A stretch of DNA of 64,000 nt, from positions 1 to 64,000 of the forward strand of contig JANOTL010000094.1 of assembly GCA_031416315.1 (NCBI GenBank), written 5' to 3'. The position numbers and the translations under genes were made by a program. This DNA is from Pseudomonadota bacterium. GTDB taxonomy: Bacteria > Bdellovibrionota_B > Oligoflexia > Oligoflexales > CAIYRB01. A model generated the notes under the pieces. The model worked only from the letters and a program-made list of their open reading frames with translations. It did no database searches and was not told the origin of the DNA. Positions 46,996 to 56,163 of this stretch are shown here, piece by piece. The stretch's first letter is position 1; every line of letters begins with the position of its first letter.

Positions 46996-47979
46996 ATGTC
47001 CAAGAAATTCCTCGGCAAGAAAGCCAAGATCGAAGTGGCTCTCGAGCTCGACGGGCGCTGCCCCAACTTGATCGCAGTTGCCAAAAACGTCGCCGCCCGC
47101 ACCGGCATGACCTTGCGCTTGGCCCACGTGGTTGAGCCATTCTCGGACGCGTATCCGCCGACCCTCGTCGATCTCAAAGGCCCTCTCGCGGACGTCGTCG
47201 AGGCGATCGACGCGAGCCGCCAGCTGAGTGCCGAGGCCAAGCTGCGGGCAGCGGCGCCGGGCACGGGCGATGCGGAGACCTGCCTTTTGGTCGGTCGCCC
47301 GAGCCGCGCGCTCATGGTCGACGCGGAAGTCGTCAACGCGGCGATGATCCTGGTCGGCGCCGGCGCCCGGTCGTCGGGCTCTTATTCCGTGATGCCCGCC
47401 GGCATCTCGACGGCATTGCAGTTGATGGCGGAAGCGAATCGTCCCGTCATGGTCGTCGGCGCCAACTGCGAGCGCGACCTCGCGGCTCCACGCCTCAAGA
47501 TGCTCATCGCCGACGACCTCACGCCTGGATCGGAGGACGCGGTGCGTGCGGGCCTCGATTTCGCACGCGCCCTCGGCGACGTCGACGTCCTCCACCTGCA
47601 CGTCAATCCGCTCACGGAAGCGCGTCTGGAGGCGGCCGTCGCCGAGATTCGGGCGAGCCCCGCCACATCTGCCGCGCGCGAGGTCGACGCCGCGGAGGTC
47701 TTCGCGCGCACCCAGGCGCATTTGCAGGCGCTCTTGGCCGAGCGCGCCCCAGAGCACCGCGCCTTGCTCTCGATCAAGGGATCCACCTGCGTCACCGAGG
47801 TTGTCGTCGGCGACGCGGCCGACGCGATCGACGCCGCTGCGGCGCGCATCGGCGCCGACATCGTCGTCTTCGGCCGCCACCGCCGGCTGCACCTCGGTGC
47901 GTGGAGCTGGGGCAAGATGCCCCACCGCGAGATGCTGGCGCAAAAGCGGATCGTGCTCCTGGTCCCGCCGCAGTCTTGA
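46996..47979 (+). CDS. Tandem-domain universal stress protein (3 of 3)
   Basis: LRLAHVV, ANRPVMVV, MLIADDL, HLHV, DIVVFGRH, VLLVPP. AAGGAGG RBS. Confidence 0.82.
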   Translation: MSKKFLGKKAKIEVALELDGRCPNLIAVAKNVAARTGMTLRLAHVVEPFSDAYPPTLVDLKGPLADVVEAIDASRQLSAEAKLRAAAPGTGDAETCLLVGRPSRALMVDAEVVNAAMILVGAGARSSGSYSVMPAGISTALQLMAEANRPVMVVGANCERDLAAPRLKMLIADDLTPGSEDAVRAGLDFARALGDVDVLHLHVNPLTEARLEAAVAEIRASPATSAAREVDAAEVFARTQAHLQALLAERAPEHRALLSIKGSTCVTEVVVGDAADAIDAAAARIGADIVVFGRHRRLHLGAWSWGKMPHREMLAQKRIVLLVPPQS

Positions 47980-47995
47980 TGCTAGGCTGCCCTCC

Positions 47996-49093
47996 ATGCA
48001 GGAAGCCGCAGAAATCAAGTTGCAGGAAGCCACGTTTCGCGGTCTTCTCGAGGCCGCGCCCGACGGCATCCTACTCGTCGATCGTTCGGGCGTCATCGCC
48101 TTCGCGAACGCCGCTTGCGCGAGCATCCTCGGCTACACCACGGCGGAGCTGATCGGTCAGCTGATCGAGATCGTCGTGCCGGCCTACATCCGACCGAATC
48201 ACGCAGCGCTGCGCGACAACTATTTCGCGGCGCCGCACACCCGGCCGATGGGGATCGGCCTCGATTTGGTCGCCGCCCGCAGGGACGGCACCAGCGTTCC
48301 CGTCGAGATCAGTCTGAGCCCGTTCACCTTCGAGGGTCACGATGGCGCCGTCGCCATCGTCCGCGACGTCACCGACCAAAGACGGTTGAGCCGGGAGCTC
48401 AAGCGCTCGAACGAAGAGCTCGAGCAATTCGCTTACGTCGCGTCGCACGATCTGCAAGAGCCTCTGCGCATGGTGTCTGGATATACGCAGCTTCTCAAGC
48501 GTCGATACGTGGACAAGCTCGACACCGACGCCAACGAATACATCGAGTTCGCGGTCGACGGCGTCAAGCGTATGCAGTCCTTGATCAGCGACCTGCTCGC
48601 ATTCTCGCGGCTCAGCACCCACGGCAAGAACTTCTCCACCGTCGACTTGCAGGACGTGTTCGAGCATGCCTGCGCCAACCTGCAAGCTTCGATCGCCGAG
48701 ACGCGGGCGCAGGTCGTCATCGAGGCTTTGCCGAAGGCGTCGGGGGACCGGACCCAGCTCATCCAGCTCGCGCAGAACCTAATCGGCAACGCGCTCAAGT
48801 TCCACAAGCCCGGTGTTGCGCCCGTGATCAAAGTGACGGCCGCCGACGAGGACAAGCTCTGGCGCCTCGACGTCGCGGATAACGGCATCGGCATCGAGCC
48901 TCAGTATCGCGACAAGATCTTCGTCATCTTCCAGCGCCTGCACACCCGAGACAAATACGCCGGCACCGGCATCGGACTCGCCGTTTGCAAGAAGATCGTC
49001 GAGCGTCACCACGGGCGCATCTGGATCGACTCCGAGCTGGAAGTCGGGACGACCTTCCACTTTACGCTACTCAAAGAAGGGGTGCGCTCGTGA
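47996..49093 (+). CDS. PAS sensor histidine kinase, paralogue of 33952-35052
   Basis: APDGIL...RPMGIGLDL, FAYVASHDLQEPLRMVSGY, YAGTGIGLA. Confidence 0.92.
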   Translation: MQEAAEIKLQEATFRGLLEAAPDGILLVDRSGVIAFANAACASILGYTTAELIGQLIEIVVPAYIRPNHAALRDNYFAAPHTRPMGIGLDLVAARRDGTSVPVEISLSPFTFEGHDGAVAIVRDVTDQRRLSRELKRSNEELEQFAYVASHDLQEPLRMVSGYTQLLKRRYVDKLDTDANEYIEFAVDGVKRMQSLISDLLAFSRLSTHGKNFSTVDLQDVFEHACANLQASIAETRAQVVIEALPKASGDRTQLIQLAQNLIGNALKFHKPGVAPVIKVTAADEDKLWRLDVADNGIGIEPQYRDKIFVIFQRLHTRDKYAGTGIGLAVCKKIVERHHGRIWIDSELEVGTTFHFTLLKEGVRS

Positions 49094-49536
49094 TCCTCGC
49101 GCATAGCGGACGGTCGGTCGAGATCCTCCTCGTCGAGGACAACCCCGGTGACGTGCGCCTCGCGGTCGAAGCGCTCAAAGAGGGGAACGTCCGTAGCAGC
49201 CTTTCCGTCGCCCAGGACGGCGTCGAGGCCTTGCGCTTCCTGCGGCGCGAAGGCCCTTACGCCGCCTCTCCCAAGCCCGACGTCATTCTGCTCGACCTCA
49301 ACCTGCCGAAGAAGGGCGGGCGCGAGGTGCTGGCGGAGATCAAGGCCGACGAGGCCTTGCGACGCATTCCGGTCATCGTGCTCACGACTTCGAACGCGGA
49401 GGAGGACATCCTCCGCAGCTACGACCTTCACGCAAACTGCTACATCACGAAGCCGGTCGACATGGATCATTTCATCACGGTCGTGAAGTCGATCGACGCG
49501 TTCTGGTTCAACGTCGTTACGATGCCGACGGCGTGA
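49090..49536 (+). CDS. Single-domain response regulator (Rcp1-like)
   Basis: ILLVEDNPGD, ILLDLNLPKKGG, SYDLHANCYITKP, FWF. Confidence 0.93.
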   Translation: MILAHSGRSVEILLVEDNPGDVRLAVEALKEGNVRSSLSVAQDGVEALRFLRREGPYAASPKPDVILLDLNLPKKGGREVLAEIKADEALRRIPVIVLTTSNAEEDILRSYDLHANCYITKPVDMDHFITVVKSIDAFWFNVVTMPTA

Positions 49537-49540
49537 CGGC

Positions 49541-50719
49541 CTAAAGGTCCTCGATCTCCGCAAGGTAACGCGCCACCTCGAACTCGTCCGCCGTCGGCGC
49601 GCTCGTCCGTACGAGCATCAGAGTCGCCTCGGCGCCCTCGCCGACCCCCGACGAGCGCAAGGTGAGGCGACCGCCCATGTTTTGCGCCAGGGTCGCGCAG
49701 AGCCAAAGCCCCAAGCCCTGTCCGCCACGGAGCTTCTTGGTCGTGGCGAAGGCTTGGAACGTGGCGCGCTCGCCCGGGGGATCGAAGCCGATGCCGTCGT
49801 CTTCGACGCGAACGGCCGCGTGCTCCGCCTCGTGGCTCAAGGCGATGCGGATCGCGCCGCCGATGGGCGAGTCGAGCTCGTCGATCGCATCCTTCGCGTT
49901 CAGGATCAGGTTGATCAGCACCTGTTTGACGCGCACCGAGTGCGCCATCGCCCACACTTCGCCTTCGCATCCAGACAGCGCCAAACGGGTGGGTTTGACC
50001 CTCTCGCGCATGAGGCTGACGACATCGCGGACCAAGGCGCCGACGTCCGTAGCCCTCGCCGTCGCGGCTTCGGGTTGCAGGAGGCTCGAGACGTTCCGCG
50101 AGACGTCGGTGAGGAGCTCGGCCGACTGCGTCAAAGCCCGCAGCGCCTCGGTCCCGAGCGCATCGGTCTTGCCGCTGAAGAGCCGCACGATGTGGGTCGA
50201 GGCTAAGTTGACGAGGCCGGCCAAGTTGCGGATCTCGTGGTGGGAAGCGGCCAGGAGGCGTCCGACGATCGCCAGATTCTCGGAGTCCTGGAGGCTCGCC
50301 TCCAAGTTCCGCACCTTCTTGAAGTTGGCGATCGCTTTCATCGTGCGCAGCACGAGCTCCGACAGCTCGATCGGCCGTACGACGTAATCGACGGCGCCCA
50401 TCGCCAAGCCTTTGACACGATTTTCCGCCTCGGGAAGGTGGGCCGTCGTGAGGAGCACGGGCAAGTCGGGCCGTGGCGAGCCCTCGCGCTTGATCCAGGA
50501 GAGGAGATCGAAGCCGGATTCGCCCGGCATCGAGATGTCGGAGAGCACCAGGTCGAAGCCCCAGCCGGCGCTTTCGAGGGCCGCTCTGGCTTCCGGAACG
50601 CTCTGCGCGAGCGAGACGGAGAGGCCTTGCTCCTCGAACAGCGTGCCCAAGAGCTTCAAGACGCCCGGGTTGTCGTCGACGACGAGGATGCGGTCATGGT
50701 CTGCGGAAGACTGCGACAT
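49541..50719 (-). CDS. Hybrid REC-histidine kinase
   Basis: LSDISMPGESG, SHHEIRNL, QVLINLILNA, DDGIG, GQGLGL. Confidence 0.9.
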   Translation of the reverse strand: MSQSSADHDRILVVDDNPGVLKLLGTLFEEQGLSVSLAQSVPEARAALESAGWGFDLVLSDISMPGESGFDLLSWIKREGSPRPDLPVLLTTAHLPEAENRVKGLAMGAVDYVVRPIELSELVLRTMKAIANFKKVRNLEASLQDSENLAIVGRLLAASHHEIRNLAGLVNLASTHIVRLFSGKTDALGTEALRALTQSAELLTDVSRNVSSLLQPEAATARATDVGALVRDVVSLMRERVKPTRLALSGCEGEVWAMAHSVRVKQVLINLILNAKDAIDELDSPIGGAIRIALSHEAEHAAVRVEDDGIGFDPPGERATFQAFATTKKLRGGQGLGLWLCATLAQNMGGRLTLRSSGVGEGAEATLMLVRTSAPTADEFEVARYLAEIEDL

Positions 50720-50754
50720 GAGACTACCTTAAGCCTTCGCGGGGACAACGCAAG

Positions 50755-50769
50755 TGGCACGATCATTGC
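50755..50769 (+). promoter_or_regulatory. sigma54 promoter, full consensus
   Basis: TGGCACG-ATCA-TTGC(T). Confidence 0.88.
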
Positions 50770-50811
50770 TCAACCCACCGTATACGAAACCATGGCTCCC
50801 GAGGAGATCGC

Positions 50812-51282
50812 ATGCGCGCCGAAGAAAAGATGACCCGCAAACTGCATCTGACCAGTCCCAAGGAGTCGGCAGGGGTCGCCTTCGGACGCATGCTGGAGCT
50901 GGCCGTCCGGCACTTGCCCGTCGTCGACGACGGGAAGCTCGTCGGCATCGTGTCGGACCGAGATCTCCTCCTTTATTGCCGGGCGGGCCAAACCTACGAC
51001 TTTCCCGTCGGCTTGGACGTCGACGGCGTGATGACCAGGAAGGTCGAGACCGCGAGCTGCAAGGCGACCCTCGCGGAGGTCGCCAAGAAGATGAACGACC
51101 GCAAGATCGACGCCCTGCCCATCGTCGACGGCGAAGGCAAGCTCGTCGGCCTGATCACCGCCTTCGATCTCCTGGAGGTGCTCGCCGCCGGCGGTGCCGA
51201 TCCCATGGGCGTCGACCGGAGCGATCAATTCCTCGAGCGTTATCGCTGGGACTTCCCGACGAGTTTTCCGGGCATGCTGTGA
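50812..51282 (+). CDS. CBS-pair protein (4 of 4)
   Basis: VRHLPVVDDGKLVGIVSDRDL, IDALPIVD..GKLVGLITAFDL. GAGGAG RBS. Confidence 0.92.
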   Translation: MRAEEKMTRKLHLTSPKESAGVAFGRMLELAVRHLPVVDDGKLVGIVSDRDLLLYCRAGQTYDFPVGLDVDGVMTRKVETASCKATLAEVAKKMNDRKIDALPIVDGEGKLVGLITAFDLLEVLAAGGADPMGVDRSDQFLERYRWDFPTSFPGML

Positions 51283-51289
51283 GCGTCGC

Positions 51290-52390
51290 TTGAGCCCTTT
51301 GGCTCTCCTTCTGACGATCGTCAGCGTCGCCCTGCTCTTCGCTTTGGTCACCGAGAACGGGACTAGCGCCGCGATCGCCGAGAAGCTCTTGTCGCGCCTC
51401 GGCAGTCGCATGCATCTCGCACCGCTGGCCTTGTTCGTCATCACCGCCGTGATCTCGGCAGCAGGCGCCGGCAACATCACGGCGACCCTGCTGATCGCCC
51501 CGCTGGCGATGCGGTTTGCGGCGCGGATCGGCCTCAGCCCGTTCTTGACGACGCTTTTGGTCATTGGCGGCGCGAATGCCGGTTCGCTGTCCCCCGTATC
51601 GATGACCGGAATCTTGGCGCGCGAGCTGCTCTCGGGCCCTCAATGGAGCGAAGCCGCGTTGACGTCGCTCTCGTGGCGCATGTTTTTGACGGTTTTCGGG
51701 AGCGTGACCGCCCTGCAGGCGATCGGCTTCCTGATCTTCGGCGGCTATGCCTGGTTGCGAGCCCACGCCCGGAAGGGCGTCGCCAAGACCGGCGAGCCGC
51801 GTCTTTTGAATCGTGCGCAGCTCGTGACGACGCTCGTCGTCGCGATGTTCTCGGTTCTCGTGCTCGCCACGCCGCTGTCGCCGGGACTGATCGCGGCCGT
51901 CGCGGCGATCGTCCTGATCTCGTCGCGCCTCGCCTCGCTCCAAAAAGCTCTACGCCTCGTGCCTTGGAAGTCGGTCGCTTTGATCGCCGTCATGCTCCAG
52001 CTCGCCCACTTCGCCGAGCGTTTCGGCTGGGTCGCTTTGGCCGCCTCGCAGCTGTCCCAGATGGGGACCCCCGCTTCGATGCCGATCTGGATCGCTTTGA
52101 TCGCGGCCGCGCTTTCTACGGTGTCCAGCTCGTCGGGCGTCGTGTTGCCGCTCCTTCTGCCGATGATCCCAGCCTTCGCCGCGGCCGGCGCCGACCCCGG
52201 CGCGACGGCGGTGGCGGTGGTCCTTGGCTCGCATCTCGTGGATTGCAGCCCCTTGTCGAGCCTGGGCGCGATGTGCTTGGGAGCGGTGCATGGAGAAAGC
52301 CGGAAGCAGGAACGTAGGCTTTTCGTCGCGCTCTTGGCTTGGGGCCTGGCGATGGTGCCGGTCTCGGGTTTGATCGCCGCGATGCTCTGA
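51290..52390 (+). CDS. IT-superfamily (SLC13/CitMHS/ArsB-like) anion or dicarboxylate permease
   Basis: Many TM helices; GGANAGSLSP, SSSSGVVLP, VDCSPLSSLGA. Start approximate. Confidence 0.8.
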   Translation: MSPLALLLTIVSVALLFALVTENGTSAAIAEKLLSRLGSRMHLAPLALFVITAVISAAGAGNITATLLIAPLAMRFAARIGLSPFLTTLLVIGGANAGSLSPVSMTGILARELLSGPQWSEAALTSLSWRMFLTVFGSVTALQAIGFLIFGGYAWLRAHARKGVAKTGEPRLLNRAQLVTTLVVAMFSVLVLATPLSPGLIAAVAAIVLISSRLASLQKALRLVPWKSVALIAVMLQLAHFAERFGWVALAASQLSQMGTPASMPIWIALIAAALSTVSSSSGVVLPLLLPMIPAFAAAGADPGATAVAVVLGSHLVDCSPLSSLGAMCLGAVHGESRKQERRLFVALLAWGLAMVPVSGLIAAML

Positions 52391-52420
52391 TCGTACAGAC
52401 CATCGCGAAATCCACGCGGC

Positions 52421-53173
52421 TCAGTCGGCGAAGTCGAACAACCGATTGACCGATTGTCCGCCCAGCACCCGCACGTGAGCCAAGTATTCCGTGCGCTCAC
52501 GCGCATCCGTCACGAGCTTCGTCACTTCGAACTTCTTCGACCGGCTCTGATCCCGACAATCTTCTTCCCTTTCGAAGATCCTCGCGATCGGCTGCACGAC
52601 GATGACGTTGCCGGGCGTGACTTGCTCGCGAACCTCGACGATTTTCATGCAGCCGATGAGCATATGCGGGTAAGTCCCCTGTAGGATGAGCGTGTGGTTG
52701 CCGTCGGGGCCGGTCGAGAAGGCGACGTTGTCGACGGGACCGTAGAGGAAGTCGTCCGGGTTGCGCGAGCTGGCCTCCACGATCGACAAGGGGCGCGTCG
52801 GCGTCCCGGGACGGTCGACGACCTCGACCTGATACTCTCCGACCGGCAGGGGCCCGAGCTTCACCGACTCGAGGAAGGGCACCATGATCTGCGCGCAGAA
52901 GACGCCGGCGTAATGCCAGGCCTTCACCACGACGGTGATCTTGTTGGTGTCGAGATCGACGGACGCGGTCGCGGGCCCCATCTTGTAGCAGGTGCTCGGG
53001 AAGTGGCCGTGCACGATCACTTCCGCATTGTCGTTGTCGTCGAAGCCGAGCGGCACGAAGGCGCGCTCGACCGGCGCTGTGACGAGGACTGGTCCGCTTG
53101 CGGCTGCGCTCGCCAATCCCGTGATCGCGAGGGCGGAGAACGCCGCGGAGAACGTCGTAATGAGCTTGAGCAT
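52421..53173 (-). CDS. Secreted GFDDND-motif protein, paralogue 4
   Basis: AFVPLGFDDNDNAEVIVHG.FPSTCY, PDDFLYGP, CM, VQPI, YLAHVRVLGG..VNRLF. Confidence 0.85.
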   Translation of the reverse strand: MLKLITTFSAAFSALAITGLASAAASGPVLVTAPVERAFVPLGFDDNDNAEVIVHGHFPSTCYKMGPATASVDLDTNKITVVVKAWHYAGVFCAQIMVPFLESVKLGPLPVGEYQVEVVDRPGTPTRPLSIVEASSRNPDDFLYGPVDNVAFSTGPDGNHTLILQGTYPHMLIGCMKIVEVREQVTPGNVIVVQPIARIFEREEDCRDQSRSKKFEVTKLVTDARERTEYLAHVRVLGGQSVNRLFDFAD

Positions 53174-53230
53174 GCTTCATCCTTCTCTAGGTATCGGCTT
53201 TGTGAGGACGCTTGTTCTGCCCGTCACATT

Positions 53231-53245
53231 GCTAGAACCGTACCA
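53231..53245 (-). promoter_or_regulatory. Probable sigma54 promoter of GFDDND paralogue 4
   Basis: TGGTACG-GTTC-TAGC(A). Confidence 0.6.
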
Positions 53246-53279
53246 AGTCGGAATCGCGCCGATGGCCCTGCGCCTTTGC

Positions 53280-54848
53280 TCATTCCAGAATCGCGAGATC
53301 ACCCAGCGCCGACACGGCCGCCAGCGCGTCGATCGAGTCCGCGGACCGCGGCAACCGCAGCTCGCGCAGATTCTCGAAACCCGCGAGGGGCGCGAGGTCC
53401 GCGGTCGCCACGCCCGATAGGTCGACGTACTGAAGGTTCGTGAACTCGGCGATCGCCGAGAGGTCGGCGATGGCGGTTCGTGAGAGATCGAGCGACCGCG
53501 CTCTCTGCAGCGCATCATTGGCTGAATGGCAGCTACACGCTGTGCCAAAACACGCAGCGCGGCGCAGGATGCCCATTTCTGCTGCAGCCAGAGCGTCTCC
53601 CGTGCTTTGCGCCGCGAGACAACGTTGGACGAAGGCGTTGCGCCGATCGAGCCGCCAGGTCGGAGCCTGCAGCGTCGGACCGGTGACGCGGACTCCCGAC
53701 GCAGTCAGCAGCTCGATGACGTCCTGGTTCGCAAGCGCATTCCATCCGACACGCAGAAATCGCAACGCCGTGAGCCCGCGAAGCGGGGTCACATCGGTGA
53801 GGGCGTTGTCGTCGAGGTTGAGACGCTCGACCGAGCGCAACGCCGCAAGGGGCCGCGCATCAATCAGGAGCGAGCGTGACAGATCGACTTCACGCGCCGC
53901 CCCCGCCCACGCCTGCAACTCCTCGCAGGTGACGTCGCTCTCGAAACGCCGACGCCCGTCGGCGCGCACGAACGCGGTCCGAAGCGCTGCGACCGTGCGG
54001 CGCGCTCCATCATCGCCATTCTCGGCGAGGCAAAGGTCGCTCGCGTCGGCAAGGGCCTCGACTTGCTCGCCGCAGCCGGCGCCGGAGCGCCAACCGGTCT
54101 CCGCCTCGAGCCAACATGCGTACGGCGCGACCAAGGTCCAGATTCCGGGGTAATCGGCGTTGCCACACGGGGCGGGACCTCGAGAAGTGATCCCCAGCAG
54201 GCGAAAACCGCCGTCCGCTGTGCGTCCGAACGCGGGGCCGCCGCTATCGCCATCGCATGCATCGCCCGCGTCGTCGCCAAGCGCGATCTCGCGAGCGCTG
54301 CGGAACTTCAAGCGCGCCTCGCCTTCGAACTTGCGTCCCAAAGCCCGCGTTTCGTTGTCATGGACGCCGAAGCCGACGATCCGCAAGCTCGAGCCTGGTA
54401 GGAGCGCGGCGTCGACCTCGAAGACCGTGGTCGCCACGGGCACGAGCTCGACGTCGTTCTGGGCCTCGGCCAAGATCAGATAGGCGAGGTCACTCGAGCC
54501 CCAAACGCCGCTCGGATAGGCGGGATGCCGCGCGCCGCGTACGACCGCGAGCGCATCGCCGAAGCGGCCGCCGTCCTCGCCGAGGCCTCGGTGCACCGAA
54601 ATCGTGCCGAGATCCGCTCCGGACGGCAGGCAATGTGCCGCGGTCAGCACCACGGTCGGCGCGATCAAGACCCCGGTGCACGTGAGGTTGCCATGCGAGG
54701 TCAAGGCAACGGTGTTCGCCCAGTGCCCGTCCGCGACCGGCGCCGCGTTGGGGCCGACGACGCTCGGATCGGAGAAAGACATCGCGCGACCGCAGCCGAG
54801 GAGTGCCGTTAACGCCAGCAGGACGAGAATCGGGATGTGATTGGCCAT
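53280..54848 (-). CDS. Lipoprotein S1 (trypsin-like) serine protease with C-terminal leucine-rich repeats
   Basis: Lipobox LLG-C; CTGVLIAPTVVLTAAHC, DLA, GDSGGP; LRRs (LNLDDNALTDVTPL, LDLSRTAIADLSAI). Confidence 0.9.
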   Translation of the reverse strand: MANHIPILVLLALTALLGCGRAMSFSDPSVVGPNAAPVADGHWANTVALTSHGNLTCTGVLIAPTVVLTAAHCLPSGADLGTISVHRGLGEDGGRFGDALAVVRGARHPAYPSGVWGSSDLAYLILAEAQNDVELVPVATTVFEVDAALLPGSSLRIVGFGVHDNETRALGRKFEGEARLKFRSAREIALGDDAGDACDGDSGGPAFGRTADGGFRLLGITSRGPAPCGNADYPGIWTLVAPYACWLEAETGWRSGAGCGEQVEALADASDLCLAENGDDGARRTVAALRTAFVRADGRRRFESDVTCEELQAWAGAAREVDLSRSLLIDARPLAALRSVERLNLDDNALTDVTPLRGLTALRFLRVGWNALANQDVIELLTASGVRVTGPTLQAPTWRLDRRNAFVQRCLAAQSTGDALAAAEMGILRRAACFGTACSCHSANDALQRARSLDLSRTAIADLSAIAEFTNLQYVDLSGVATADLAPLAGFENLRELRLPRSADSIDALAAVSALGDLAILE

Positions 54849-54878
54849 CCAGCCAGTTTACCCGCACGCGCTCCTTAA

Positions 54879-54957
54879 TATCAATAGATTTCAACAGCTT
54901 GCGCGAAAACGCGCGGGTGCGTGATACGACGCAGGCGAAAGGCGGTACGGCCCTTGC
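54879..54957 (+). promoter_or_regulatory. IHF-like AT tract, two palindromic sites and a sigma54 promoter
   Basis: TATCAATAGATTT (54879-54891); GCGCGA-AA-ACGCGC (54901-54914); TGCGTGA-TA-CGACGCA (54918-54933); CGGTACG-GCCC-TTGC (54943-54957). Confidence 0.68.
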
Positions 54958-54993
54958 TCAGGAAGAGGGACGATCCCACGTGAAAGGCTCTCC

Positions 54994-56127
54994 ATGACTC
55001 TCCTGCGCTCGGCCCTGGCCAAGAGCCTCGGCCTTCTCTGTCTCGTCACGACCGAAGCCTTGGCCTTCGAGCCACGCTGGCGCAAAGACATGCGCGAGAT
55101 GGCGGAAGTCTTCTCCGAGGCGCTGCCGATCGTCATAAGCGACGCGGCCTATGAGAAGCCTTCGCTGCAGAAAAAATTGGTGAAGGACCTCCGCAAGCTC
55201 TCGAAGACGGCGAAGCGGGTCGAAAGGGCGTTGAGCGAGCAGATCGACGACCCGGTCATCCCCCACGTGACCGTGAAAATGTCGCGAAGCTTCGACCGCG
55301 CCGCGACGCTGCTCGAGAGGGGCGAGGCCGGCACGGCTCGCGGCCTCGTACGCAGCGCGACGGGGTACTGCATCAGCTGTCATACGCGCCTGCCCGGCGC
55401 GGCCGCTTCGGTCGCGGTCGAGCCGCGCGCTCCCAAGGGATTCGTGCTCGGAGCCGCCGACACCGCCGAGTTCTACGCCGCGACGCGCCAGTTCGAGAAG
55501 GCGATCGTCTCGTACGAGGCCGTCATGAAGGACCGCTGGCTTGCCGCGACGTTTCCCCACCGTTGGGCGCTCGCCGCGCAAAAGATGCTGGCGATCGTGG
55601 TGCGCGTCCGCGATGAGCCTCGCCTGGCGCTCGAGATCCTATCGGCCATTCGCGACGAGAAGGCGACGCCCGCGGCGCTTTACCGCGACGCCCTGATCTG
55701 GCGCGGCTCGGTGGAGGAGTGGCTGGCGGAGCCGAGCGCGAAACCGCGCGACCTCGCGCGCGCCAACGAGCTCTACGCCGAGGGCGAGGCCCAGGTCTTG
55801 AAGACCGGGTCGCAGGCAGCGGGATTGATCCCTTTCCTGCGCGCGTCCGCGATCCTTCACGAGCTGCTGCGCGAGCGGCGCAACGACCAGGAATTCGCGG
55901 CGACCCTCGATCTCGCGGGCAAAACGGCCGAATGGCTCGCGCCGATCGTGCTCTGGACCTTGAACGAGTCTTACTTCGAGGCCTGCATTCGGGTCGTCCC
56001 GCACACGGCGCGCGCCGGAATTTGTCTCGAGCACTTCAAGGATGCGCACGTGACGTCGATCGAGCGGGACGAGGCGCGGCTGAGCGAGCTCGAGAGGCTC
56101 GCTTCCGAGGTGGAGTCCGGGAAGTAG
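54994..56127 (+). CDS. Secreted cytochrome c'-like monoheme plus TPR-like protein (B), paralogue of 42874-44034
   Basis: Signal peptide, CISCH, ATRQFEKAI, YFEACIRVVPH; same layout as protein A. Confidence 0.75.
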   Translation: MTLLRSALAKSLGLLCLVTTEALAFEPRWRKDMREMAEVFSEALPIVISDAAYEKPSLQKKLVKDLRKLSKTAKRVERALSEQIDDPVIPHVTVKMSRSFDRAATLLERGEAGTARGLVRSATGYCISCHTRLPGAAASVAVEPRAPKGFVLGAADTAEFYAATRQFEKAIVSYEAVMKDRWLAATFPHRWALAAQKMLAIVVRVRDEPRLALEILSAIRDEKATPAALYRDALIWRGSVEEWLAEPSAKPRDLARANELYAEGEAQVLKTGSQAAGLIPFLRASAILHELLRERRNDQEFAATLDLAGKTAEWLAPIVLWTLNESYFEACIRVVPHTARAGICLEHFKDAHVTSIERDEARLSELERLASEVESGK

Positions 56128-56163
56128 CCAATGAAGCGGCCCAATCCTCCGAGGAGACCCTGC

